In this document: positions 7,583 through 17,645 of the stretch, piece after piece
How positions within the stretch are numbered: position 1 is the stretch's first letter
Layout of the letters: every line of letters starts with the position of its first letter
From: Pseudomonadota bacterium
GTDB taxonomy: Bacteria > Bdellovibrionota_B > Oligoflexia > Oligoflexales > CAIYRB01
NCBI GenBank assembly: GCA_031416315.1
Contig: JANOTL010000214.1
Location: 1-29,764, forward strand
Direction: 5' to 3'
DNA: 29,764 nt
Notes under the pieces: model-generated
The model's input: the letters and a program-made list of their open reading frames with translations, nothing else
Database searches by the model: none
Told to the model about the DNA's origin: nothing
Position numbers and translations under genes: made by a program

Positions 7583-10500
7583 GTGACTCAGCGACTTCTC
7601 GCAATTTGTGTTTCGCTCCTCATCTCTTGGTCGTTCGCCGCGACGGCAGAAGTAGGACCGCGCGACCCTTCACGCGCCGCTATCACCGAGCCCGGTCCCT
7701 ACCTATCGCGCCTTGCCTGGCGCGGGATTGAGGTGACCCTCGGCGCCGAGCGACCATTGGCCCTCGAGGCGAGCCGGATTTCACCGACCGAGCTGACGCG
7801 CATCGCCCTCGCATCGGACGTCCGCGTCGAGGACGCCGCCGAGAGCCTCGGCGAACACGTGCTCGCGCCGCGCGCCGCCGACCGGCGTGGCGGTCGACGG
7901 ACCGTCGACCTCGGTCTGACCCTGGCGACGCCGCCAAAGGGGATTCTCCAGCTCGTGCTTCGCGCGCTTCCGGAGCGCACGATTGTCGACCACCGCACCT
8001 TTCTCGTCTCGGACCTTCACCTGGTCGCCAAACACGGCGCCTTGGGCGAAACACAGGTCTGGGCCTTGAGCGCACGGGATGCCGGCTGGATCGCGGGCGT
8101 CGAGATCCGTGCGATCACGGCCGCAGGTACCGAGGCCGCCGCGTGCACGACGGGAGCGGAGGGGCACTGCGAGCTGCCGGCGCGCGCCGGCGCGGCTCCG
8201 GCGGCGCTGACGGCCGTGAAGGGCGACGACCTGGCCTTCATCCGCTTGGGTCGCCACGAAGCCCGAAGGTCGAGCGCGGCGCAAGGCGCCTCCGAGCTGC
8301 ACGGCTCGGTCTTCGGTGATCGCGCCGTGTACGCGCCAGGCGAGACGGTCCACGTGGTAGGGATCGTTCGGGGCCCTACCCTGAAGGCTCCGCCGGCGAT
8401 CCCGGTCGAGCTCAGGCTCGAGGCGCCGGAGGGTCGACCGGTTCGGCAGCTTCTGGTGCGCACGAACGATGCCGGCCTCGCGACGATCGATTTTTCGATC
8501 CCACCGCTCGCCGCGAGCGGTAATTATGCGCTGGTGCTAACCGCCGGAGGCACGGAGCTCGACCGGACCGTTCTGCACGTGACCGACTTACGTCCGCCGG
8601 AGTTCGGGATCCAGTTCGGCGCGAGGACAGCCGTCTTCGAAGGCGCTGCGGCGGCGGAATTCGTGGTCATGGCGCGGTCGCTCGTCGGCCGCCTTTCCGG
8701 CCGGCTCGAGGCCGTTCTCGACTGCGAGCTCGCGCCGCTCGACACGCCTGCGTTCACCAGCAAAGGGCTCGCGTTCGGCGACCTTCGAACGCCCGAACGC
8801 ACGGGCCCGCCTCTGCGCGTCACGGCGTTGCTCGGGCCGGACGGCCGCGGGACCCTCGCCTGTCCCGTCGCCGACGTGCTGACGCTCGGCCGGCCCGCGC
8901 GCGTCACGGCGCACTTGGCGCTTCGGGGCGGGGCGGGCGGTGGCGTGCATCGTCGACGCGCCGTCGCGATCTCCAGCCCTAGGTCGCGCTATCTGGGGCT
9001 GGCGCCTGCGCAGGCGCGTCGCTCGCGCGATGGTGCCGTCGGCGTCCGCGGCGTGATCCTCGACCGTGAGGGGCGGCCGGTTGACGCCGACGGTCCCGTG
9101 ACGCTCGAGCTCTATCGGATCGATCGCGGGTCCGACGGGATGCCGGCCCGGTTGGTAGCAGACGCCCGCCGCAGTGTCCGCGTCGAAGCCGGCGCGTTTA
9201 CCGCCAGCCTTCGCGCGGCGCGGCGCGCCGACGGCTACCTGGTGCGGGCGACGCTCGGCAGCGCGCGCGCCGAGATCGTCCTGCCGGGCGAGGTGGCAGA
9301 CCACCGTTGGTTGCGAGCTGCGGCGTCGGGCGACGAAAATGGGCCGACCGAGCCCGAGACGATCGCCATCCGGATCGTGCGCGGCAAGGCGAGCGACCAA
9401 GGTCCTGAGGTGACGTTTGTGGCGCCATTTTCCGGGCGCGCGCTCCTGACCTATGAGGCGGGCAACCGCATCACGCACGCATGGAAAGATGTCAAAACGG
9501 GAACGGTCTCGTGGCGTCCCGCGCCTCAGACGCCGGTCGGCGATCTTCGCGCGACCGTCTATCTCGTCGGTCCGCCCGCCGGAAACCACGGGGCTCGCGG
9601 CGGTTTGCGACGGGCGCTCGGAAGCGGCGCATCAGGCTGGCCGGAGGACGCCGGCCCTCGCGAGCTGACGATCAAGGCGCCCAACACCTTGCTGCCAGGG
9701 GGCAACCTCGACCTCGTCGTCGACGTCAACGCGGCCCAGGCCGGAAGCTTCGTCGTCGTGACGGTCGTCGACGAGAGCCTCGATTCGCGGGCGCTCGACC
9801 AACCGCGGCTCCCGGGCGAAGCCACGCTGGACGGCGCGCCGCGCGCCGTCGCGACGATCGACAGCGCCGGGCTCCGGATCCCTGCCGACGATGAGGGGGG
9901 ACGCGCGCCGAGGGGAGAGCTCCTTGACGATATCGCCGGATCACCGCTCGCGGCCCGCAGGTACGCGGATTGGTCGAGAGTCGTGCGGGCTGGGCCGGAC
10001 GGCCGGACAGTCCTGCGCTTCGCCCTGCCGCGCTACCAAGGGCGCTTTCGGGTGGGGGCCGTCGCCTTCGGGAATGCGTGGCTCGGTCGCGGCACGACCG
10101 TGGTGACGACGACCGATCCGCTCGGCCTCTCGGCGCGAATTCCGGCCGTCCTCCGGATCGGCAACGAGGTCGAGGTGCCGGTCTCCGTCTCGAACCCGAC
10201 CAGTCAAGAGCAGACGATCGAAGTCGAGCTGCGCGCCGACACGTTACCCGACGCCGTGACCGACAGCGCGGACGTCGTCCAGATCGACGGCGAGGCCCGC
10301 CGCCCGCTGAAGCTCGCGCCTCGCGAGCGTCGCGAGACGAGCTACCGCGTGCGGGCCGTCCGGCCGCGCGGTCGGGTCCGATTCTTCGCGTCGGCGCAGC
10401 TAGGACAGACGCTTTCGCACTTCACTGTGGACACCGCGGCGCGGCCAGCTGCGCGCGGGATCGTGACTTGGGCAAGGTTCACGGTTCCGTCCCATGAGCT

Positions 10501-11959
10501 CGACCTGACGAAGCAGCTGCCGGGAGCCGGCGGGCGGGTGGGTTTCTGGATGACTGCCGACCCGCTCGCCTCGGCTCGCAGCCTGGCCTCGCGCGTCCTC
10601 CTCGGCAGCGCCGGAGCCCTCGAGGAGACCGCGGCTGCCGTCTGGCTGCGCGCCGCGCTTGGGACGCGGCTCCCTTTCGTCGCGCCACTCGCGGCGGTCG
10701 ACGGGAAGGCTGGGCCGGGTGCCGTGCGGGAGGGGCTCGAGCGGCTGTTGGCCATGCAGACGCTCGACGGCGGGTTCGCAGTGTTCCCGAGCGGCGTCAC
10801 CGCCGACCCCGGGGGCTCAGCCTTCGCGACGCACGCGCTAGTCGACCTCGGAAAACGCGGTCACCGCGTTCACCCGGCCCGCGTCGACGCCGCGCTCGCG
10901 TACCTCGAGACTTCGGCTGCGCTCGCCGAGTCGGGCACTGAGCCGGCGGCGGCTTATGCGCACTACGTTCTCGCCCTCGCCGGCCGTCCGGCGGCAGAAG
11001 GCGCGCGTAGCTTGCTCGCGCGGCTCAAAGAGCGCCCGCCAGGAGACGGGGCGCTCGAGGCAACGGCGCTTGTCGAGCAAGCCGCGCGCCTTGCCGGCGA
11101 CCCGACGGCTGCTGCCACAGTCGCTGGGCGCTCGCCCGACGCGGCCCGCGCCCGCGCCGTCCACCTCCTGGCGCAAGGGCCTGAAGCGTTCGGCGGGCCT
11201 GCGTTCGTCGAGGAGGTCGCGAGCGGCGCGCTGCGCGCTGATTCCCTCCCCTCGCCCTCGGAGCTGGTGTTTGCGCTGATCGGCCTGGAGGCCGCCCGGC
11301 TCCCCGCCAGCAAGCCCTCAGGAACGCTCGTCGTCGACGGGAAGCTCCGCGAGCCGCACGCCGAGGGCGACGATGGCGAGAAGGCGTGGGTCCTCGGGAC
11401 CGAGGCCCCGGGGTCAAAGGCGGTCGCGCTTATAGACCCTGCCGCCGCGCCCGGTACCGTCCTCGAGATGACGAGCGAGGCCGGTCCGCTGCCGCCCGAC
11501 GCCGCGACGGGACCAAAAGACCTCCGCGTCGCGGTAGTCGTTCGACGGTTGGACGGTGCCGCGCTCGACCCGGCGACTCTTCGCCTTGGCGAGAAGCTAG
11601 CCCTCGACGTCGAGGCGCGACGCGACGGCGGTGCGACGGGGGCGAGACCGGTCGAGGTCGTGCTCCACCTCCCAGCGAGCCTCGATCTGGTCAGCGTGCG
11701 TCCAGCCCCGGACGAGATGCGCGGGCTTCCCGAAGGCGGCGCGGCGCTCGACGACGTGACGATCTTTCCGGACCGCGTGATAACGCGTGCGGCCCTAACG
11801 CCGCAGGGCGCCGTCCGCTTTCGAATCCTCGTGCGTGCGTCGTTCTCGGGTCGATCGTCGGGGCCTGTAGCCGAGGCGCGCCTGCTCCCGCGGCAGGACA
11901 CCGACGTTCCCGCACGTGCGTCGTCCGCCCCTATCGTGGTCGCAGGAGACGGGGAGTGA
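7583..11959 (+). CDS. Alpha-2-macroglobulin family protein (MG domains), lacking the thioester motif
   Basis: Signal peptide; VSDLHLVAK; FGDRAVYAPGETVHV (MG2); VVDES; LPRYQGRFRV; PAVLRIGNE; LLAMQTLDGGFAVF (TED-like); YAHYVLALAG. The thioester position reads GALEET instead of GCxEQT. Confidence 0.85.
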   Translation: MTQRLLAICVSLLISWSFAATAEVGPRDPSRAAITEPGPYLSRLAWRGIEVTLGAERPLALEASRISPTELTRIALASDVRVEDAAESLGEHVLAPRAADRRGGRRTVDLGLTLATPPKGILQLVLRALPERTIVDHRTFLVSDLHLVAKHGALGETQVWALSARDAGWIAGVEIRAITAAGTEAAACTTGAEGHCELPARAGAAPAALTAVKGDDLAFIRLGRHEARRSSAAQGASELHGSVFGDRAVYAPGETVHVVGIVRGPTLKAPPAIPVELRLEAPEGRPVRQLLVRTNDAGLATIDFSIPPLAASGNYALVLTAGGTELDRTVLHVTDLRPPEFGIQFGARTAVFEGAAAAEFVVMARSLVGRLSGRLEAVLDCELAPLDTPAFTSKGLAFGDLRTPERTGPPLRVTALLGPDGRGTLACPVADVLTLGRPARVTAHLALRGGAGGGVHRRRAVAISSPRSRYLGLAPAQARRSRDGAVGVRGVILDREGRPVDADGPVTLELYRIDRGSDGMPARLVADARRSVRVEAGAFTASLRAARRADGYLVRATLGSARAEIVLPGEVADHRWLRAAASGDENGPTEPETIAIRIVRGKASDQGPEVTFVAPFSGRALLTYEAGNRITHAWKDVKTGTVSWRPAPQTPVGDLRATVYLVGPPAGNHGARGGLRRALGSGASGWPEDAGPRELTIKAPNTLLPGGNLDLVVDVNAAQAGSFVVVTVVDESLDSRALDQPRLPGEATLDGAPRAVATIDSAGLRIPADDEGGRAPRGELLDDIAGSPLAARRYADWSRVVRAGPDGRTVLRFALPRYQGRFRVGAVAFGNAWLGRGTTVVTTTDPLGLSARIPAVLRIGNEVEVPVSVSNPTSQEQTIEVELRADTLPDAVTDSADVVQIDGEARRPLKLAPRERRETSYRVRAVRPRGRVRFFASAQLGQTLSHFTVDTAARPAARGIVTWARFTVPSHELDLTKQLPGAGGRVGFWMTADPLASARSLASRVLLGSAGALEETAAAVWLRAALGTRLPFVAPLAAVDGKAGPGAVREGLERLLAMQTLDGGFAVFPSGVTADPGGSAFATHALVDLGKRGHRVHPARVDAALAYLETSAALAESGTEPAAAYAHYVLALAGRPAAEGARSLLARLKERPPGDGALEATALVEQAARLAGDPTAAATVAGRSPDAARARAVHLLAQGPEAFGGPAFVEEVASGALRADSLPSPSELVFALIGLEAARLPASKPSGTLVVDGKLREPHAEGDDGEKAWVLGTEAPGSKAVALIDPAAAPGTVLEMTSEAGPLPPDAATGPKDLRVAVVVRRLDGAALDPATLRLGEKLALDVEARRDGGATGARPVEVVLHLPASLDLVSVRPAPDEMRGLPEGGAALDDVTIFPDRVITRAALTPQGAVRFRILVRASFSGRSSGPVAEARLLPRQDTDVPARASSAPIVVAGDGE

Positions 11960-12115
11960 GCGCTCGGCGCCGCGAAGATCAGAACCAAAGAAAGCGCCTT
12001 CAGCCGCGTCAGTAGCTGACCCCAGCTAGAATCGCTAGATACGCGTAGGCGCCACTCCAGCTCTGCCCCCACGCCGTTTGAATGTGGCTGATTTAACAGC
12101 ATATTTGGCCTCCGC

Positions 12116-12142
12116 TTTAGTCGTCGGCCCGGGCACCGAAAG
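12116..12142 (+). promoter_or_regulatory. Putative sigma28-type promoter
   Basis: TTTA-N15-ACCGAAAG, 64 bp upstream of ATG 12207. Confidence 0.35.
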
Positions 12143-12206
12143 GTAACTGTGAGCAGATTTCGTCGCCCTCGACGGAACAAGTCCGAAGCCTGAGGCTCAA
12201 GAATCC

Positions 12207-15200
12207 ATGCGCCGGAGATTTCTTTCCACTGTCATGCTCGTTGCCTCATTTGGGGCACAGATGGCATGCCAACGAGAAGAAACACAAGCCGCATACGGTG
12301 AAGACTACACGCCGGTCGCGCCCGCAGGCAGTACGGGTAGCGTTCGGTCGGGAGTGCAGCCAGGCGGCTCGGGGGGTGGTGGAGGCCGTACCTTCGTCGC
12401 GATCAGCCCAATCACTACGCCCAGCACGCCTGACCCCGGCTCTGCGGAAAATTCGAGCTCCGGAAACGCTGCGGCAAGCAGCAACTCCGTGGCGTCTCCG
12501 CTCATCAACGCCCCGGCAGCCGCAACTAATAGCTCCAACTTCGCCGTCGAGGTCGCCAGCGAAGACTTCGTCCAATACCGCTACGCCATCGTCTACGGCG
12601 AAGAGAGTTGTAGCTCGGCGACCATGTCGGCTTGGATCAAAGGCTCGACGCCGATCGCCGTGAAAGACATCGGAGGGGAAGGCCCCCGCAAGCTTTGCGT
12701 CATCGGCCGTAACGTCTACGGTCACGAGACCGCCGTCGAATATGAATGGACCAAAGACACGACGCCGCCGACCGCTACCGTCGTCGACGCGGCCGACGGA
12801 GTTGCCAGCGCCTTCGCCGCGACTGTTGCCGGAGCCGGCGTCACAAGCTACCGCTACGCTCATCTCGTGGACGCTGGCGACTGCGCGGCGGCGAGTTACT
12901 CCGCCTGGGTAGAGGTCGTGACCACGGTCACCGCAGCCTTCGCGACGAGCGGCAGCCAGCTCCTCTGCGTCCAAGGCCGCGACGCCGCGGGCAATGAACA
13001 GGTGGGGCCGACCGCCTATCTGAAACCTCACGTCGCGCTTTCCGGGACGCCCTTGGCTTTCTCAAACGACACGGTGCTCGACGTCTCCGTGAGCGGAGTC
13101 GGCGTTGCCGAGTACCGTTATTCGCTCCTGGCTGGCGCTGCGAGTTGTGACGGCGCGACGTATTCGGACTGGATGGCGGTCGAAAACAAGATTACCGCCG
13201 CCACCGGCATCGACGGCGCTAAGCTCCTCTGCGTCGTCGGCCGCAGCGCGGCAGGCGCAACGAGCTACATCGTCGCGTCGCACGCGTGGATCAACGACAG
13301 CAGCCCGCCAGACGTGCCGACGCTCTCCGGTACGCCCTCTAACCCGAGTAAGTTCACCACGCTCGACGTGACGGTGAGCGGCAACGACGTATCTCAGTAC
13401 CGGTTTGCTGTGATGACAGGCGCCGCTGATTGCTCTGCTGCGAGTTACGGCGTCTCGACACCAATCGCGGTCAAGATCACGGCCGCGACCGGCGTCGACG
13501 GCGCGAAACGACTCTGCGTGAAGAGCCTCGACCGCGCCGACAATGAGCAGTCGACTTCGACTCAGTTTGCCTGGACGCAAGATTCGACTGCGCCGACGGC
13601 CACGCTGACGGGCGCCCCGGCCGCAAGCACGACCACCGTGGACACCGCCGTATCGGTCACCGTTGGACCGGCTGGTGACGCCACCGAGTACAAATACGCT
13701 TTGCTTAGCGGCACCGCGAGCTGCAGTGGCGCTGCCTATCCCGCCACTTGGGTTGCCGTCGGCACTGCGATTTCGACGAGCCTCGGCGCCGACGGCCTCA
13801 AAACGATTTGCGTCATTGCGCGTGATGCCCTAGCCAACGAGCAGCAGACCGCGACCGCGCGCACCTGGACCAAGGACACTACCCCGCCGGTCACGACACT
13901 CGCCGGCACGCCTGCGAGCCTCTCCAATGTGACGACGCTCAACGTTTCGATCACCGACACTGACACCGACCAGTACAAGTACGCGGTGACGACGGGCCCC
14001 AACTGCATCGGCGCGACCTACGGCGCCTTCCGCTCGAAAGCTACCAACATCACAGACCTGCTCGGCGCCGACGGCGGTTACCGCCTGTGTGTGATCGGGA
14101 AAGACGTCGTCGGCAACCTCCAGGCGGTCGCGGCCGAGTATTCCTGGACCAAGGATACGACCCCGCCCAACGCCGCGGCGCTCACTCTGACTGGAACGCC
14201 GACGGATCCGTCGAACGTGACCGCAGTCGCAGTCACCGTGAACGGCGCCGACATTTTCAAGTACAAGTACAAGATCGGCGTCGACGCATCGACCTCCTGC
14301 AGCAGCTCGACCGGTTACAGCGCTACCGAGTACGACCGCGCCACCGAGACGATCGCAAGTGCCGTCTCCGGACTCGCCGATGGCTCCCTTGAGCTTTGCG
14401 TCTGGGGAAAAGACGGCGCTGACAACTTCCAGGCGTTGGCCGACGCCAGAAGCTTCGTCTGGGTAAAGGACACGATGGCGCCGACCGCGACCTTGTCTGG
14501 CCAGCCCGGAGATCCGTCGCTTGTGACGACACTCAACGTCGACGTCAACGGCACCGCAGCAAGCGACGTATACCGCTACAAGCTCGGCGCTGAGGGCTCG
14601 ACCGACTGCTCGAGTGCGACTGGCTACTCGGGCACCACGATCGCCATCGGCACCAACATTACCGATAATATCTCAGGCCAGGCCGACCAGCGCTTCAAAA
14701 TCTGCGCCGTGGCGATTGACCTAGCCGGCAATATTCAGCCGTATTCGAGCGCGACCACCTACTCCTGGACGAAAGACACGACGCCGCCGACCGTGACTCT
14801 CGGCAACCTACCGGCCAGCCTTGCCAACGCCACGACGCTCAACGTCTCGATCACTGATTCGACAACCGACCAATACAAACACTTCATCACCACTGCTGCC
14901 AATTGCGCCGCCGCCACTTACGGCGCCTACCGCGCCAAGGCCACCAACATCACCGATACGCTCGGCGCCGACAGTGCGATGCGGCTCTGCGTGATTGGCA
15001 AAGATGCTTTGGGCAATGAACAAACGACGGCGACCGAGTATGCCTGGACTAAAGACACGACCCCCCCAACCGCAGCCGCGCTCACCCTGGCGGGCACGCC
15101 AGCCGACCCGACGAACGTAACGACGCTCGGCGTCACCGTCAATGGCGCCGACGTCGCCAAATATAAGTACAAGGTTGGCGCCGATGGCTCGACCACCTGT

Positions 15201-17048
15201 AGTAGCTCGACCGGATACAGCGCGACTGAATACGACCGCGCCACTGAGACTATTACGGCGAGCGTAAGCGGCATCGGCGACGGCTCCGTCGAGCTCTGCG
15301 TGTGGGGTCGCGACGCCGCTGGCAACTACCAGGTGCTCGCCGACACCCGCAGCTTCGTCTGGGTGAAGGACACCGTCCGTCCGACCGCCGCGATCTCGGG
15401 CCAGCCCGCGGACCCGTCTTCGGCGGTTGCACTTAACATCGACGTGAGCGCCGATGGCGCAAGCGATACCTACCGCCACAAGGTCGGCGAAGAGTCGACG
15501 ATCGACTGCGCCAACGCGACCGGCTACTCGGGGGCGACTTCAGTCGCGACCAACATCACCGACGGTCTTACCGGATACGCCGACGGCCGAGTCAAACTTT
15601 GCGTTGTCGCCAAGGATCCGGCCGGCAACGAGCAACTGCTTTCGAGCGCCACCACCTACGCCTGGACAAAGGACAACAATTCGCCGGCGCCAGGGAGCTC
15701 GGGCACGATCACTCCATCGGGCGTCGACTTGACCTCGCTCACGCTCACCTGGACGAAGGCGACGGATCTCGTCACGGCCCAGGCGAGCCTGCAATACAAA
15801 GTCTACCGCTCGGCGACCAACAACATCGACACCATTGGTAACATGGACGCTTGCGAGAGCGCCCTTAGCTGCACGGTGATGAATGGCGGCTTCACGACCA
15901 ACATTGGCACCTACGCGGTGACCGGCCTGAGCTCCAACACCCAATATTACTTCAACGTTCGGGTCAAAGACGGCGTCGGCCGCGAGGCGGTTTACACGAT
16001 GTTGAGCCAGCGTACGCCGCAGGCGATCCACCTCGCTTACGCGGACGTTACCAATGGGCGCGTCAAGTCCGCGAAGACTGCCACCTCGGTCACCAGCTTC
16101 ACCGTCGAAACGGCCGAAACGGTGGCCACCCCCGAGGCGATCGCGTTGGCGATCGACGCGAACAAGAAGGCCAACATTTCCTATCGCTCGGGCAACGACC
16201 TCCGCTACCTCACCAACAAATCCGGCTCCTGGGTTGCGGTGCTCGTCGACGCCGGCTTCGCCCAGTCGAACACGGACATCCAGATCGCCTCGAACGGCTA
16301 CGTCCACGTGACATTTTACCGCTTCGACAGCAACAAGGACTGGAAGCACACCTACCATGACGGGACGAGCTGGCTCGCGACCGCAAATAAAATCTGGAAC
16401 GGCAACGGCAGCGCCGTGAAGGGCTTCTACGCCGCCATGGTTTTGGACTCGAACGACAAGGTCCACGCCGTCGGTCATGATTCGACCAACAAAGACTTAA
16501 TTTACAACACCGACGCCGGCGGCTCTTGGGCGAACGCGAACATGACGATCGTCGACAACGGCGCCAACCCGCCGATCGTCGGCGAATTTTCCTCGGTGGC
16601 GCGCGACGCATCGAACAACATCTACGCCGCCTATTACGACCTGACGAACGGCGACCTGAAGTACGCGAAGAAGACCTCGGGCACTTGGGGAGCGGCGGAG
16701 ACCCGCGAGTCAGCCAACAACGTCGGCCAGTACACCGGAATCGCGATCACTCCCGACAACCGCATCCACATCGTCTTCTACGACGTCACCAACGGCGACC
16801 TGCGCTACGTCTGCCATAACGGAACGAGCTGGCAGGCAGGAGTCGTTGTCGACGGCGCGGGCATCGACGCGGGCAAGTACGCCTCGATCGTCGGGGGCCT
16901 GGACAACAATGTTCACGTTGCTTACTACGACGCGACCAACCTCAATTTGAAGTATGGTAAAGGGAGCTGCGGCGGCTCTTGGGTGCTTTCTACCGTCGAC
17001 TCAACGGGCGACGTCGGCACATGGACTGATATCGCCCTTGACCGCTAA
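12207..17048 (+). CDS. Large surface lipoprotein: 11 Cys-paired Ig-like repeats, FN3 domain, C-terminal beta-propeller (1613 aa)
   Basis: Lipobox-like AQMAC; repeats bounded by WTKDTTPP, each with Y(K/R)Y...C...LCV.G.D..GN; FN3-like LTLTWTKATD...YKVY...VTGLSSNTQYYFNVRVKD; propeller blades such as HIVFYDVTNGDLRY and HVAYYDATNLNLKY. Confidence 0.88.
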   Translation: MRRRFLSTVMLVASFGAQMACQREETQAAYGEDYTPVAPAGSTGSVRSGVQPGGSGGGGGRTFVAISPITTPSTPDPGSAENSSSGNAAASSNSVASPLINAPAAATNSSNFAVEVASEDFVQYRYAIVYGEESCSSATMSAWIKGSTPIAVKDIGGEGPRKLCVIGRNVYGHETAVEYEWTKDTTPPTATVVDAADGVASAFAATVAGAGVTSYRYAHLVDAGDCAAASYSAWVEVVTTVTAAFATSGSQLLCVQGRDAAGNEQVGPTAYLKPHVALSGTPLAFSNDTVLDVSVSGVGVAEYRYSLLAGAASCDGATYSDWMAVENKITAATGIDGAKLLCVVGRSAAGATSYIVASHAWINDSSPPDVPTLSGTPSNPSKFTTLDVTVSGNDVSQYRFAVMTGAADCSAASYGVSTPIAVKITAATGVDGAKRLCVKSLDRADNEQSTSTQFAWTQDSTAPTATLTGAPAASTTTVDTAVSVTVGPAGDATEYKYALLSGTASCSGAAYPATWVAVGTAISTSLGADGLKTICVIARDALANEQQTATARTWTKDTTPPVTTLAGTPASLSNVTTLNVSITDTDTDQYKYAVTTGPNCIGATYGAFRSKATNITDLLGADGGYRLCVIGKDVVGNLQAVAAEYSWTKDTTPPNAAALTLTGTPTDPSNVTAVAVTVNGADIFKYKYKIGVDASTSCSSSTGYSATEYDRATETIASAVSGLADGSLELCVWGKDGADNFQALADARSFVWVKDTMAPTATLSGQPGDPSLVTTLNVDVNGTAASDVYRYKLGAEGSTDCSSATGYSGTTIAIGTNITDNISGQADQRFKICAVAIDLAGNIQPYSSATTYSWTKDTTPPTVTLGNLPASLANATTLNVSITDSTTDQYKHFITTAANCAAATYGAYRAKATNITDTLGADSAMRLCVIGKDALGNEQTTATEYAWTKDTTPPTAAALTLAGTPADPTNVTTLGVTVNGADVAKYKYKVGADGSTTCSSSTGYSATEYDRATETITASVSGIGDGSVELCVWGRDAAGNYQVLADTRSFVWVKDTVRPTAAISGQPADPSSAVALNIDVSADGASDTYRHKVGEESTIDCANATGYSGATSVATNITDGLTGYADGRVKLCVVAKDPAGNEQLLSSATTYAWTKDNNSPAPGSSGTITPSGVDLTSLTLTWTKATDLVTAQASLQYKVYRSATNNIDTIGNMDACESALSCTVMNGGFTTNIGTYAVTGLSSNTQYYFNVRVKDGVGREAVYTMLSQRTPQAIHLAYADVTNGRVKSAKTATSVTSFTVETAETVATPEAIALAIDANKKANISYRSGNDLRYLTNKSGSWVAVLVDAGFAQSNTDIQIASNGYVHVTFYRFDSNKDWKHTYHDGTSWLATANKIWNGNGSAVKGFYAAMVLDSNDKVHAVGHDSTNKDLIYNTDAGGSWANANMTIVDNGANPPIVGEFSSVARDASNNIYAAYYDLTNGDLKYAKKTSGTWGAAETRESANNVGQYTGIAITPDNRIHIVFYDVTNGDLRYVCHNGTSWQAGVVVDGAGIDAGKYASIVGGLDNNVHVAYYDATNLNLKYGKGSCGGSWVLSTVDSTGDVGTWTDIALDR
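13866..15662 (+). repeat. Intragenic tandem duplication of a three-module (ABC) block, 900 + 897 bp
   Basis: WTKD Trp codons at 13866, 14766 and 15663 bound two copies sharing CSSSTGYSATEYDRATETI, KATNITD.LGAD and RSFVWVKDT. Confidence 0.9.
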
Positions 17049-17060
17049 GAAAGGAGCGCC

Positions 17061-17642
17061 GTGCACGAACTACGTCATTACCTTCTGCGCTCGCTCACGA
17101 TAGCGGCAAGCCTTGCGGTCTCCGGCGCCGCGTTCTCGCAAGGTGGAGCCGGCACCGCCGATCAAATCATCGTGAGCGGCAGCGTCTTTTACGTGAGCGA
17201 CGCGAGCCAGCGCGACGGCAAAGACCTTCCTGGCGGCACAACGACCTACCTCTCCGTCGCCGGCCAGTACAACGTCCCGAAGTATTTCGCCGGAATTGGC
17301 CTGATTTATCAAAAAAATGACACCGGGGAGACCCAGAGCGAGACGGCCGTCGGCCTCAAGCTCGAGCTCTTTTATTACGAGTGGCCGTTCTACCTCGAGT
17401 TCGTGCCGTTCTCCGTGCTGCACCAGGAGTTCGCGAATCGCTCGATCGAGTCCCGCGACGGCAACATGACCCTCTTCGGTCTTGGTGTGCGCGCCGACCT
17501 CTTCAGCTGGCTCTTCTTCGACGGCAGCTTCAAGATCCGGACGAGTACATACAAGAAGGAGGATGGGGTCGAAATGCCGGAGCCGATCGTCCGGACCGAG
17601 AAGATGCCCTACCTCGGCCTCGGCCTAAAATTTCCGATCTGA
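17061..17642 (+). CDS. Small outer-membrane beta-barrel protein (193 aa)
   Basis: AAGGAG RBS plus GTG; signal peptide ending AFS; alternating strands (IIVSGSVFY, FAGIGLIY, FGLGVRADL); C-terminus PYLGLGLKFPI. Confidence 0.75.
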   Translation: MHELRHYLLRSLTIAASLAVSGAAFSQGGAGTADQIIVSGSVFYVSDASQRDGKDLPGGTTTYLSVAGQYNVPKYFAGIGLIYQKNDTGETQSETAVGLKLELFYYEWPFYLEFVPFSVLHQEFANRSIESRDGNMTLFGLGVRADLFSWLFFDGSFKIRTSTYKKEDGVEMPEPIVRTEKMPYLGLGLKFPI

Positions 17643-17645
17643 GCC

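Noticed and set aside
10963..12180. 405-aa minus-strand ORF and similar long overlapping ORFs across the window
   Set aside because: Ser/Arg/Ala-rich shadow frames expected in high-GC DNA, overlapping better-supported genes.
12500..15700. CRISPR array or mobile repeat
   Set aside because: The repeats are in-frame protein modules with synonymous divergence; there is no repeat-spacer pattern and no cas gene.
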